In this document: positions 41,002 through 50,625 of the stretch, in pieces
Numbering within the stretch: the first letter of the stretch is position 1
How the letters are laid out: each line of letters begins with the position of its first letter
From: Verrucomicrobiota bacterium
GTDB taxonomy: Bacteria; Verrucomicrobiota; Verrucomicrobiia; Limisphaerales; JADLHS01
DNA: 64,000 bases
Assembly (NCBI GenBank): GCA_039806955.1
Contig: JBDHQI010000019.1
Coordinates: 3,707 to 67,706, forward strand
Direction: 5' to 3'
Translations under genes and position numbers: made by a program
Notes under the pieces: model-generated
What the model saw: the letters and a program-made list of their open reading frames with translations, nothing else
What the model was told of the DNA's origin: nothing
Database searches by the model: none

Positions 41002-41025
41002 CTAATTGCAAAAGTTTGCAATTAG
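41002..41025. promoter_or_regulatory. Perfect palindromic operator, candidate Fur-family box
   Basis: ctaattgcaaa-ag-tttgcaattag, 45 bp upstream of the ZIP start. Confidence 0.7.
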
Positions 41026-41032
41026 ACAGGCC

Positions 41033-41063
41033 AAAAATCCCGTTGGTCGAAAAACCAACGGGA
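41033..41063 (-). terminator. Intrinsic terminator of the rpmG-rpsR transcript
   Basis: Minus strand tcccgttggt-ttttcg-accaacggga followed by tttt. Confidence 0.75.
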
Positions 41064-41070
41064 GACGAAG

Positions 41071-41328
41071 TTATTTAACCAACAACATCTGCCGGGCGCG
41101 TTTGATGGCGCGGCTCAACCGGCGTTGGTAGTGCGCGGGCAGGCCAGTGTATTTACGCGGCAGAATGCGCCCTTGGTCCGTCACGAATTGACGCAGCAGA
41201 TTGGTGTTCTTGAAATCCAAAGCGTCCACCGTGAAATCTATTTTCGGCTTCGGCCGGGGCGTGCGTCTTTCGGTGCTGTTACGACGTCCGTGTTTGTCCG
41301 ATTTATCGGTATTGGTCTTGCGTGGCAT
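41071..41328 (-). CDS. rpsR: 30S ribosomal protein S18 (no Cys)
   Basis: LDFKNTNLLRQFVTDQGRILPRKYTG...YQRRLSRAIKRAR. Confidence 0.95.
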   Translation of the reverse strand: MPRKTNTDKSDKHGRRNSTERRTPRPKPKIDFTVDALDFKNTNLLRQFVTDQGRILPRKYTGLPAHYQRRLSRAIKRARQMLLVK

Positions 41329-41330
41329 GG

Positions 41331-41498
41331 CTACTTGATCTCCTTGTGCAACGTGTGGCGGCGGAGAGCCGGGTTGTATTTTTTCAATTCCAACTTCTCC
41401 GTCTGCAGTTTTTTATTGCGAGTGGTCGTGTAACGGGAGGGGGATTTTCCCTCCTTCCGAGCCTCGGTGCATTCGATGGTGATTATTTCACGCGGCAT
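41331..41498 (-). CDS. rpmG: 50S ribosomal protein L33 (Zn ribbon degenerate; absent from the ORF track)
   Basis: [55 protein letters not shown]. Confidence 0.95.
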   Translation of the reverse strand: MPREIITIECTEARKEGKSPSRYTTTRNKKLQTEKLELKKYNPALRRHTLHKEIK

Positions 41499-41506
41499 AA
41501 AATTTT

Positions 41507-42100
41507 CTATTCTTCTTTTTCTTTGGCCGGCTTCTCATCCGGCGCGTCATCGTTGTCATCTTCCAACTCGGCGGTCGCTGCGGCATCCACGGTGCCCAAC
41601 TGTCCAAGCCGACGTTGGCGCAAAGCGCCTTCGCGTTCCAACTGCGCCTGCGCCTGCACGGTGAAACGCGCCCACGGAATGGCTTCGAGTCGCGCCTTCG
41701 GAATCGCCTTCCCGGTCAATTCACACACACCATAAGTGTTTCGCTCGATTCGTTTCAAGGCTTCTTCAATCTCGTAAAGCGCGTCTTGATCGGCGGATAA
41801 CAAACTGAGCGCGAAATCACGGTCAAAATTGTCCGTTCCAGAATCGGCCATGTGCAGACCGTATCCCGCGATTTCCTCAGCGGATTCTTTTGCCAGTCCC
41901 GACATTTGTTGGACCAATTGAGCGCGCAACTCTTGCAGGTGGAGATAATACTTTTGCCACTCGGGCCTCACGCGTTTGGGCCTAAGCTCCTTGGCGCCTG
42001 ATTTTCCGCCCACGGGGCGACCGAGGATCGCTGCGGCTGAGGCTGGCGCATGTGAGATCACTCGTCCCGTTTTCTTGGTTACTTTCTTCTTTGCAGTCAC
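41507..42100 (-). CDS. dksA: DksA/TraR family regulator with one-Cys finger
   Basis: [43 protein letters not shown]; GTG 42100 start is uncertain. Confidence 0.85.
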   Translation of the reverse strand: MTAKKKVTKKTGRVISHAPASAAAILGRPVGGKSGAKELRPKRVRPEWQKYYLHLQELRAQLVQQMSGLAKESAEEIAGYGLHMADSGTDNFDRDFALSLLSADQDALYEIEEALKRIERNTYGVCELTGKAIPKARLEAIPWARFTVQAQAQLEREGALRQRRLGQLGTVDAAATAELEDDNDDAPDEKPAKEKEE

Positions 42101-42299
42101 GCGTCTTTTTTTCGATATTCTGGCCTGATTTTTCACTCCTCGGAGCCCATTGTTTCCTACGAGGGGCGCGACTGTATCAGATGAACGGAAATAATCCATA
42201 AAAAAGTTCAGTAAAAACACCTTCAGAATTGACGGCTGATTTTCAAAAAGTATCGCTGGCCGCTCTTGACTTGACCCCGGCTTTCCTCAACATCGTTTC

Positions 42300-43310
42300 G
42301 TGGCTTTATTCACAATCCAGAGTGATTTTCGGTACGAGGTCGTTCGGAAGATTTTCGAGGGCGGCATGGGGGTGGTGTACGAGGCCGAGCAGCGCGGCGC
42401 CCGCAACTTTGTAAAACGGGTGGCCATTAAAATCATCCGCCCCAATTACGCCAGCCAGAAGATGTTCATCGAGAACTTCATTGGCGAAGCCAAACTGGTC
42501 GCCGACCTCATCCACACCAACATCGTCCAAACCTATCACCTCGGTGAAACCAACAACGCCTGTTTCATTGCGATGGAGCTTATTCGCGGGGTGAACCTGG
42601 AGCAATTCGGCCAGCAGCTTGCAGAGAAACGCCGCCAATTGCCGTTGGAGCTGGCGGTGTTTATCACCAGTCGGGTGGCACGCGGACTGGCCTACGCCCA
42701 TGCGAAGACCGGCCCGGATGGAAGGCCGCTGGGCATCGTACATCGCGATGTCAGCTTCAAGAACATCATGATCGCTTTCGAAGGCGACGTTAAGTTGACC
42801 GATTTCGGCATCGCCAAAGCGCGCGGGTTTTTGACGGATCAAGAAGGCGAGGTCGTCGCGGGCAAGGCCGATTACATGAGTCCCGAACAGGCGGATTTTC
42901 AAATCACGGATAAACGGTCCGATCTTTTTTCCGCGGGCGTGGTGCTGGCGCACCTGGTGCTTGGATACAACATTTTCAAGGGACTCACCGCCGAAGAATC
43001 ACGCCAGCGAGTCATCAAGCAGCCGGCCCCCGACTTTCGCACCTTGGACGCCCGCGTGGACGACCGGTTAAATAACATTCTACAGCGTTGTTTGACCCGG
43101 GATCGCCAGCAACGCTTCGCCACCGCGGATGAGTTGATGTACGAGCTGGAGTATTACATCTACCACGGCGGCTATGGCCCCACCAACGAGACGCTGGGCA
43201 AGTTCATCCGCGAACTGTTCGGCCAATCCCCGTCTGCGATACAAACCGCGGAATTACAGGAGCGGACCGAACTTATGGAAAACAGTTCCCGGCTCCACGC
43301 CAACCCGTAA
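42300..43310 (+). CDS. Hanks-type Ser/Thr protein kinase, soluble
   Basis: GGMGVVY, VAIK, HRDVSFKN, DFG, YMSPEQ, SDLFS. Confidence 0.93.
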   Translation: MALFTIQSDFRYEVVRKIFEGGMGVVYEAEQRGARNFVKRVAIKIIRPNYASQKMFIENFIGEAKLVADLIHTNIVQTYHLGETNNACFIAMELIRGVNLEQFGQQLAEKRRQLPLELAVFITSRVARGLAYAHAKTGPDGRPLGIVHRDVSFKNIMIAFEGDVKLTDFGIAKARGFLTDQEGEVVAGKADYMSPEQADFQITDKRSDLFSAGVVLAHLVLGYNIFKGLTAEESRQRVIKQPAPDFRTLDARVDDRLNNILQRCLTRDRQQRFATADELMYELEYYIYHGGYGPTNETLGKFIRELFGQSPSAIQTAELQERTELMENSSRLHANP

Positions 43311-43338
43311 CGCAGTGAAACGACGCATCTCAAATTCC

Positions 43339-44217
43339 ATGGTCCGCCTCGGCCTGTTGCAACACGCCTGCGGCCCGGACCCGATCGCCAATCGCAAAAA
43401 AGCCCTGACGCTGGCGGAACGTGCCGCCAAACAGGGCGCGCAAATCATCTGCACGCAGGAGTTGTTCACCTCGCAATACTTTTGCCAGAGCGAAGATCAC
43501 GACTGTTTTCAACTGGCCGAACCCATCCCCGGACCGAGCACGCAGGCGTTTCAAAAACTGGCCAAGCGACATCAAGTCGTCGTGATCGCGTCGCTTTTCG
43601 AGAAACGCGCGGCGGGTGTTTATCATAACTCCGCCGCCATCATTGACGCGGATGGGGAATTACTCGGCACGTATCGGAAGATGCACATTCCGGATGACCC
43701 GCTGTATTATGAGAAATTTTATTTCACCCCGGGCGATTTGGGTTTCCGTGTGTGGAATACGCGCTACGGTAAAATCGGCGTTTTGATTTGTTGGGATCAA
43801 TGGTATCCGGAAGGCGCGCGACTGACCGCCATGCAAGGCGCGCAAATCCTGTTCTATCCCACCGCCATCGGCTGGCATCCGAGCGAAAAACCCTCACACG
43901 GGGACAAGCAACATGGCGCCTGGGAAATCATTCAACGCAGTCATGCCGTGGCCAACGGATGTTACGTGGCCTCGGTGAACCGGGTTGGCCATGAAATCCT
44001 CTCCGCAGTGGGCGGCGCGGGAATCGAGTTTTGGGGCCAAAGCTTTGTCGCCGGCACCGCTGGTGAGATTCTGGCCAAGGCCGGCAATCACCAGGAAGAA
44101 GTCCTCATTGTCCCCGTGGACCTGGCGCAAGTGGACCTCACTCGCACGCATTGGCCATTTTTGCGGGATCGCCGAATTGACGCTTATGGCGACATCACCC
44201 GCCGACTCATTGACTGA
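43339..44217 (+). CDS. Carbon-nitrogen hydrolase (N-carbamoylputrescine amidase/beta-ureidopropionase-like)
   Basis: QELF, YRKMHIPDDP.YYEKFYF, ICWDQWYPE, WPFLRDRR. Confidence 0.9.
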   Translation: MVRLGLLQHACGPDPIANRKKALTLAERAAKQGAQIICTQELFTSQYFCQSEDHDCFQLAEPIPGPSTQAFQKLAKRHQVVVIASLFEKRAAGVYHNSAAIIDADGELLGTYRKMHIPDDPLYYEKFYFTPGDLGFRVWNTRYGKIGVLICWDQWYPEGARLTAMQGAQILFYPTAIGWHPSEKPSHGDKQHGAWEIIQRSHAVANGCYVASVNRVGHEILSAVGGAGIEFWGQSFVAGTAGEILAKAGNHQEEVLIVPVDLAQVDLTRTHWPFLRDRRIDAYGDITRRLID

Positions 44218-44304
44218 CTGGGAAAGCCGACCTTGACTTGAAGTGGCGATTTTCCTTTCGCTCCGCTTGCCCCCCTGCCCTTTTTGCATCAACATTCTCG
44301 CGCA

Positions 44305-46041
44305 ATGAAAAAGAAACCGTCTGCTCACGCCGAACCGAACCTTCGCCCCTTTTCCAGCGCCCTGCTTGACGGGCCGGAACGCGCCGCCGCGCGCGCCATG
44401 TTGTATCCAGTCGGCTTTCGCGCGGAAGATTTCAAAAAACCGCTCATCGGGGTGGCGTCCACCTGGAGTGACGTCACGCCGTGCAACATGCACATTGACG
44501 ATCTCGCCCTGGCGGCTGAAGCCGGCGTCAACGCCAACGGCGGCAAGGCGATTGTCTTCAATACCATCACCGTTTCCGACGGCATCTCGAATGGCAACGA
44601 GGGTATGAAATACTCGCTCGTGTCGCGCGAAGTCATCGCGGACTCAATCGAAACCGTGGTCGGCTGCGAAGGGATGGACGGCTACCTTGCCATCGGAGGT
44701 TGCGATAAAAACATGCCCGGCGCCTTGATTGCCATGGCGCGCATGAATCGGCCCGCCGTTTTCGTTTACGGCGGCACCATTTTACCCGGATTACTCAAGT
44801 CGCCACATTCGCCCAACGGCGACAAGGAAGTTGATATTGTTTCCGTCTTTGAAGCCATCGGACAACACGCTGCGGGTAAAGTCAGCGACGCAGAGTTGCA
44901 CGCGGTGGAATGTTGCGCCATTCCCGGGCCGGGCGCCTGCGGCGGCATGTACACCGCCAACTCCATGGCCAGTGCCATTGAAGCGCTGGGTATGAGTCTG
45001 CCCAACAGCTCGGCGCAAAACGCCATTTCCAAGGCGAAGCTCGAGGATTGTCGGCGCGCCGGCGCGGCGGTGGTGGACATGTTGCGCCAAGGCATCCGAC
45101 CGTGCGATATTCTCACCCGCAAAGCCTTCGAGAATGCGATCACCACCGTTATCGCGTTGGGCGGCTCAACCAATTGCGTGTTGCACCTATTGGCCATCGC
45201 CCAGGCCGCGAACGTAAAACTCTCGATTGACGATTTCACCCGCATCGGCAAACGCGTGCCGGTGCTGGCGGACCTACGACCAAGCGGCACCTTCAGCATG
45301 AGCGCACTCGTGGCGATCGGTGGCATTCGACCGCTGATGAAGACCTTGTTGGATGCCGGTTTGCTTCATGGCGATTGCCTTACCGTCACCGGCGAAACCA
45401 TGGCCGCAACCCTGGCGGACGTGAAGCCTTACCCGCCCGGCCAGAAGATCATTTATCCGCTGGATAACCCAATCAAGAAAGACAGCCACCTGGTCATCTT
45501 CTACGGCAACCTCGCGCCCGAGGGCGCCGTCGGTAAAATCACCGGCAAGGAGGGCACACGTTTCGAAGGTAAAGCCATCGTATTCAACGGCGAAGAAAAA
45601 GCCTTGCACGCCATTCTCGATGGCACGGTCAAAGCCGGACACGTTGTGGTGATTCGCGGTGAAGGTCCTAAAGGCGGTCCTGGAATGCGCGAAATGCTTT
45701 CTCCGACAAGCGCCATCATGGGTAAAGGTCTGGGTAAAGACGTGGCGTTGCTGACCGATGGCCGGTTCAGCGGCGGCAGCCACGGATTTGTAGTCGGTCA
45801 CGTCACGCCGGAATCCTATGTTGGCGGTCCGATTGCGCTCGTGAAAAATGGCGACAAAATCATCATTGATTCCGTCAAACGCACGCTCACGTTGGCCGTG
45901 TCCGCCAAGGAACTGGCGAAGCGAAAGAAAGCTTGGAAACAACCCAAACCGCATTACACCCGTGGCGTGCTGGCCAAATTCGCCGCGCACGTGACCAGCG
46001 CTTCGCAAGGCGCCGTGACCGATTTGGATTTGAAATTGTAA
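44305..46041 (+). CDS. ilvD: Dihydroxy-acid dehydratase
   Basis: [32 protein letters not shown]. Confidence 0.96.
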   Translation: MKKKPSAHAEPNLRPFSSALLDGPERAAARAMLYPVGFRAEDFKKPLIGVASTWSDVTPCNMHIDDLALAAEAGVNANGGKAIVFNTITVSDGISNGNEGMKYSLVSREVIADSIETVVGCEGMDGYLAIGGCDKNMPGALIAMARMNRPAVFVYGGTILPGLLKSPHSPNGDKEVDIVSVFEAIGQHAAGKVSDAELHAVECCAIPGPGACGGMYTANSMASAIEALGMSLPNSSAQNAISKAKLEDCRRAGAAVVDMLRQGIRPCDILTRKAFENAITTVIALGGSTNCVLHLLAIAQAANVKLSIDDFTRIGKRVPVLADLRPSGTFSMSALVAIGGIRPLMKTLLDAGLLHGDCLTVTGETMAATLADVKPYPPGQKIIYPLDNPIKKDSHLVIFYGNLAPEGAVGKITGKEGTRFEGKAIVFNGEEKALHAILDGTVKAGHVVVIRGEGPKGGPGMREMLSPTSAIMGKGLGKDVALLTDGRFSGGSHGFVVGHVTPESYVGGPIALVKNGDKIIIDSVKRTLTLAVSAKELAKRKKAWKQPKPHYTRGVLAKFAAHVTSASQGAVTDLDLKL

Positions 46042-46139
46042 CCTCGGCAAACGGTCGCCAATGCGGTGGGCGGCTACGTAGTTCCCCTGTCACGCCGGGG
46101 CGGCAACGCCTCCGGGATTGCGTCTGCCATCACGCTTTG

Positions 46140-46173
46140 TTGACGTATGACATGATACTGTCATAAAATGACA
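46140..46173 (+). promoter_or_regulatory. Promoter overlapped by three alternating ATGACA/TGTCAT half-sites
   Basis: ttgacg-N18-taaaat; tatgaca-tgatac-tgtcata and tgtcat-aaa-atgaca. Confidence 0.65.
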
Positions 46174-46178
46174 ACATC

Positions 46179-47231
46179 ATGGCTGCTCTAAAACCTGAAC
46201 CACCCGTCTCCCGGCGGCGGGCGCAACGCGGTTGGTCACAAGCCGAACTGGCGCGGCGCGCGGATATTCCCCGCACCACCATCAGCGCCATCGAAGGCGA
46301 ACGCCTCACCCCTTCCGTCACCACGGCATTGGCCTTGGCGCACGCGCTCGAATGTTCCGTTGAAGAGTTGTTCAGCGACGCGGCGTTGCCCGCACCCACC
46401 GGGCCGACCTGGGCTTGGATGCCCCGGACAGAACCATGCCGGTATTGGGAGGCGGAAGTGGGCGGACGCCGCTTGCTCTACCCGGTGGAAAGCCTGGCGC
46501 TCAACGTGATTCCGCATGACGGCGTGTGGCGCGGCGGGCCGGGCCGGGATGTCGGTGAAACCCTGGCAACGGCCACATTGGTGCTCGCGTGTTGCGATCC
46601 TGCCGCCGGCTTGCTCGCCGCGGAATATGCGCGGACCAGCGGTTTGCGGCTCATCGTGTTCCCGCGCAGCGGTAGCGAGGCCATTGATTTGTTGAAGCGC
46701 GGCTTGGTGCATCTGGCGGGACTGCACCGCTCCACTCAGGAGCATCCCCAGCGCAATCTGGAAACGGTGCATAAAGAGTTGGGCAACGGTTTCCGTCTGG
46801 TGCGCGTGGCGGACTGGCAGGAGGGGTTGGCGCTCCCGACGGACTGGCGTTCGCGCTCGCCTTCGAGCGTCGCCCGTCAGGTGCAGCGCTGGGCGTTGCG
46901 TGAAACCGGTTCGGCGGCACGGGAGTGTCTTGACCAACTCCACGCTGGCGCCACGGGACGAACGGTTCACAGTCATGCCGCGGTTGCGGAAGCCATTCGT
47001 GGCGGCTGGGCAGAGGCGGGCGTGTGCGTGCAGTTATCTGCCGAAGAATCGGGCTTGAACTTTCTGCCAGTTCGCATCGAGGCTTTGGACTTTTGCTTCT
47101 CCGGAAAACGGCAACACGATCCCCGCCTGCAGGCGTTTCTGCGGCTTCTGCGCAGCCGATCGTATCGCCAGATCATTGGCGAGTTGCCCGGGTACGATAC
47201 CCGGCACACCGGCGAAGTCTGCTCAGTCTGA
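46179..47231 (+). CDS. XRE-HTH plus PBP-like (molybdate-binding type) transcriptional regulator
   Basis: GWSQAELARRADIPRTTISAIE HTH; CDPA, GS.EA..LL.RG.VHLAGLH, RETGSAAR, SH.AVA.AI..G.A.AG, LPGYD. Confidence 0.85.
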   Translation: MAALKPEPPVSRRRAQRGWSQAELARRADIPRTTISAIEGERLTPSVTTALALAHALECSVEELFSDAALPAPTGPTWAWMPRTEPCRYWEAEVGGRRLLYPVESLALNVIPHDGVWRGGPGRDVGETLATATLVLACCDPAAGLLAAEYARTSGLRLIVFPRSGSEAIDLLKRGLVHLAGLHRSTQEHPQRNLETVHKELGNGFRLVRVADWQEGLALPTDWRSRSPSSVARQVQRWALRETGSAARECLDQLHAGATGRTVHSHAAVAEAIRGGWAEAGVCVQLSAEESGLNFLPVRIEALDFCFSGKRQHDPRLQAFLRLLRSRSYRQIIGELPGYDTRHTGEVCSV

Positions 47232-47237
47232 CCGGCA

Positions 47238-48050
47238 ATGAATACCTCCCCAGGCAACTCGTGCGCGAGCCAACCCGCGTTTACGCTGATTGAGCTCCTG
47301 GTGGTCATCGCCATCATCGCTGTGCTGGCGGGAATGTTGTTGCCGGCGCTGTCGCGGGCGAAGGAAAAATCCAGGGAAACCCAGTGCGTCTCGAACCTGC
47401 GCCAATGGGGACTCGCTGTGCAAATGTATGCGGAAGATCACGAGGGTTTCCTGCCGCATCCGGATGATCGCCGCCGCGATGGCGGCATCCTTGGTTCGAC
47501 AACGCATCCCGAGCATGATTTCAGCTACGTGGACCTGCTGCCTGCGTATCTCGGCGTCCCGGCGTGGCGGGACTATCCAGTCGATGCAAAACCCACCGGC
47601 GGAATCTGGCAATGCCCGTCCGTCCGGCTGTTGGCGGAATCGGAATACGATTATCAGCCGGCGGCGAATGGTTATCACAGCTATGCCATGAACTCCTATC
47701 TCGCCCACGATTTCCTTTATGGCCTGCCGTGGGGCGCGGAGTTGCAGCCCAGTTTTCTCAAGTTGTCGCGAGCGGTCGCTCCCTCCCGGACCGTTGCGAT
47801 GTTCGAGCAGACCCTCGATCCGCGGGCGGGTTATGGGCTGGCGGGGTCGTTTCGCATGGCCGGTTACCAGACTGCCGAGGACGCCCGCGCGGCCGCCGAA
47901 CGTCACGCCCGCCGCCGCAGCGAATTGGGCGGCATCGTACTGCACCTCGACGGTCACGTGCGCTGGCGCAACGATCTTTGGAACAAGTTCCGTTCCAATC
48001 CGCGCATCCCGCAACGGGGCGATCCAACCTGGTTTCCTTACTATTACTAA
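47238..48050 (+). CDS. Prepilin-type N-terminal cleavage/methylation protein (DUF1559-like, H-X-DG C-terminal motif)
   Basis: [29 protein letters not shown]...CVSNLRQ; RH...LDGHV. Confidence 0.92.
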   Translation: MNTSPGNSCASQPAFTLIELLVVIAIIAVLAGMLLPALSRAKEKSRETQCVSNLRQWGLAVQMYAEDHEGFLPHPDDRRRDGGILGSTTHPEHDFSYVDLLPAYLGVPAWRDYPVDAKPTGGIWQCPSVRLLAESEYDYQPAANGYHSYAMNSYLAHDFLYGLPWGAELQPSFLKLSRAVAPSRTVAMFEQTLDPRAGYGLAGSFRMAGYQTAEDARAAAERHARRRSELGGIVLHLDGHVRWRNDLWNKFRSNPRIPQRGDPTWFPYYY

Positions 48051-48065
48051 ACCAACTCCATTCGA

Positions 48066-49013
48066 ATGAAACATCGCCAAACGAACATGAATAACAACAA
48101 CACCCCCACGACCTCGAACCATTGCTTCCACCGAAAATGGCTGGCCGCTGTTTTGGTGATTGGCAGCCTGCCGGTGCTGACCCACGCCGTGGACTTTCCG
48201 ATCACAACCGATACTTATCTGGACAGCCGTCCGGATAATCAAACGGCGAACTACGGTCTTAACGGCAGCGTGCGAGTGTTGGTAAACAGCGATACTTCGG
48301 TGACGCGCGGGCTGTTCGCCATTCCGGAAGCACTGGCCGGGTATCCGCCGGAAGCCCTACAGGAAGCGCGGGTCTATTTCTACGTGTTTCAGGACAATAC
48401 GAAGACCCGTGATATCCGCCTCTATCCGCTGACCACATCGTTCGTCGAGGGCACGGGAGCGACGGGATCGGGGGCAACATGGTTCACCTGCGACGGAACA
48501 AACAACTGGACGACTCCCGGCGGAGATTGGGACACCACCCACGCGGTACTCGGGGTGAAGGAGCCGGTGTTGGACCTGGACCTCAACGACCGGTTTTTCA
48601 GTTGGGACATCACCGGGCTGCTCACCAATAATTTGACGCGGTCCAATCTGCTGACGCACGGCGCGATTCTCATCATTGACGAATCTCCCATTCCCGCCAC
48701 CAGTTCGGATCGCGCGCCTTTCACATCGTCGGAAAGCACGTCCAATCCCGCGGAGTATTTGCCCCGGATTGCCGTGACCCTGCGCCAGCCGGTCCTGAAC
48801 CTCGTCAAGTCGGGCGCGAACGAATTCCGTCTGAACATTGCCAACGCCATCCCGTCCCGCCTCCATCGCATCGAACGAACTTTTGACCTGACCTCGCCGG
48901 CCAACTGGACCGAAGTCGTCACACTTCAGGTGACTGGTACGGAAACCAACTGGACCGAAGCCGCGTTTGGCGCAGGAACAAACGTCTTTTATCGCGTGCA
49001 AGTTGAACCATGA
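48066..49013 (+). CDS. Secreted DNRLRE/CBM96-like domain protein with C-terminal FYRV domain
   Basis: Signal peptide; DTYL..RPD..TANYG, TW....NWTTPGGDW, WDITGL, FTSSE....PRI. Confidence 0.7.
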   Translation: MKHRQTNMNNNNTPTTSNHCFHRKWLAAVLVIGSLPVLTHAVDFPITTDTYLDSRPDNQTANYGLNGSVRVLVNSDTSVTRGLFAIPEALAGYPPEALQEARVYFYVFQDNTKTRDIRLYPLTTSFVEGTGATGSGATWFTCDGTNNWTTPGGDWDTTHAVLGVKEPVLDLDLNDRFFSWDITGLLTNNLTRSNLLTHGAILIIDESPIPATSSDRAPFTSSESTSNPAEYLPRIAVTLRQPVLNLVKSGANEFRLNIANAIPSRLHRIERTFDLTSPANWTEVVTLQVTGTETNWTEAAFGAGTNVFYRVQVEP

Positions 49014-49552
49014 GGGGCGATCGCCAATCACGCCCTCTGGTGCGGCTCGTCACCGGAGAACGGGGCGCGGGCAAGACGCGCTGGTGTGAAGGCGCAATCG
49101 CGTCGGCGCGGGCGGCCGGCCACAGCGTGCGCGGGCTGCTCTCGCCAGGCCTCTTCGTGGCCGGAAAAAAGGCCGGCATTCTGGTGCGGGACATTCATTC
49201 CAGCGCGGAACGCCACCTCGCCAGCCCTCACGTCCCATCCGGCGCGGACGCGAAACGCCTTTGGGATTTTCACGATGAGGCGATGGCGTGGGCCAATGAG
49301 CGGCTGCGGATGGCGGGTCCTTGTCACACGTTGCTGGTGGATGAAGTCGGGCCGATGGAACTGGTGGAGAATCGCGGGTGGACGGCGCTCTGGCCGGTCT
49401 TGCGCGATGGCGGTTTCACGCAGGCCATCCTGACCGTGCGACCCACGTTGCTGGAAACTTGTAAGGAGCGGATTCGCCAACTCGGTGAGTTTGAATGGGA
49501 GATCATTTCCTGCCCGGTCAGAAAGGACACACATGTCTCGCTCTCACACTGA
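49010..49552 (+). CDS. P-loop NTPase (NTPase_1/DUF2478-like)
   Basis: VTGERGAGKT Walker A; LLVDEVGPMEL. Confidence 0.8.
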   Translation: MRGDRQSRPLVRLVTGERGAGKTRWCEGAIASARAAGHSVRGLLSPGLFVAGKKAGILVRDIHSSAERHLASPHVPSGADAKRLWDFHDEAMAWANERLRMAGPCHTLLVDEVGPMELVENRGWTALWPVLRDGGFTQAILTVRPTLLETCKERIRQLGEFEWEIISCPVRKDTHVSLSH

Positions 49553-50621
49553 ACACCACACCCTTCACGTCGCGCTGGTGGCAGCCGCTTTGTTGACGCT
49601 CGTCGTCACTGCGGAGGCCGCGCCACTGACGCTGACCAACAGCGAGGGACGCGAATTGAAATTGAACCAATCGCCGGCGCGCCTCGTGGTGGCCGGACAC
49701 GGTTCGTTCATGATCGTCCATGCCGCCGCGCTCTTCCCCGAGGCAAAGGAACGCCTCCGCGCCGCCGCAGGCGGACGCCAGTTGCGGGGGGATAATTTCG
49801 ATTTCCTGATCAAAGCGGGGCGCGTCTCGCCCGACCTTGTGCTGCTCGGCCCGGAGGTCGGGCCGGAGCAACTCGCGCCGCTGCGCCCGGACCTCGTGCT
49901 GCTCAAGAGTGTTTCGGTGCGGCTCGGTGACGCGCTCGAAAAGATCCGCCTCCCTTCGTTTTATTTCGATCTCGAGACTCCGGAGCAATACGAGCGAGAA
50001 CTGGTCAGCCTGGGAAAAATCCTGGGAGATGCGCAACGGGCCGCGGACCTGGTGGCTTACTATCGTGAACGCCGCAACATCGTCTCCAAGCGGCTGGCGG
50101 ACTTGCCACTCGAAAAACGACCGCGCGTCTTGCTGATTCAGGCTTCCGCCAAAGGCGGCACGCTTTCATTCAGCGTGCCGGCGAAGGACTGGATGCAAAC
50201 GCGGCTGGTCGAACTCGCCGGCGGCATTCCCGTCTGGCGGGATGCGCCCACGCGCAGCGGCTGGACGGTGGTCAGCCTCGAACAGGCGGCCGCGTGGAAT
50301 CCGGATGTGATTCTCCTGGTGGACTACGGCGAGGGCAGCACCGAAATGGCGGCGCGCATCCGGGGCGATCGCACCTGGCAAAAACTGGACGCGGTGAAGC
50401 ACGGCAGAGTCTGGACGTTTCCGCGCGATTTCGTCTCCTGGGATCAACCTGATCCGCGCTGGGCATTGGGTCTGATGTGGGCGGCCAAACGCCTGCATCC
50501 GGAACGGTTCACCGAACTAAACCTTTGGGCGGAGGTGGTGAACTTCTACCAGTGGTATGGCCTGAATGAAGCCGAGGTGACGGCGCAAATCAAACCGCGA
50601 CTGCGTGGCGACTGGCCATGA
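49533..50621 (+). CDS. Class III ABC substrate-binding protein (BtuF/FecB/MolA type)
   Basis: Signal peptide; EQLAPLRPDLVL, VSLEQ...WNPDVI, LDAVKHGRV, WDQP...LGLMWAAK.LHPE; RBS aaagga. Confidence 0.9.
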   Translation: MSRSHTEHHTLHVALVAAALLTLVVTAEAAPLTLTNSEGRELKLNQSPARLVVAGHGSFMIVHAAALFPEAKERLRAAAGGRQLRGDNFDFLIKAGRVSPDLVLLGPEVGPEQLAPLRPDLVLLKSVSVRLGDALEKIRLPSFYFDLETPEQYERELVSLGKILGDAQRAADLVAYYRERRNIVSKRLADLPLEKRPRVLLIQASAKGGTLSFSVPAKDWMQTRLVELAGGIPVWRDAPTRSGWTVVSLEQAAAWNPDVILLVDYGEGSTEMAARIRGDRTWQKLDAVKHGRVWTFPRDFVSWDQPDPRWALGLMWAAKRLHPERFTELNLWAEVVNFYQWYGLNEAEVTAQIKPRLRGDWP

Positions 50622-50625
50622 ACCC

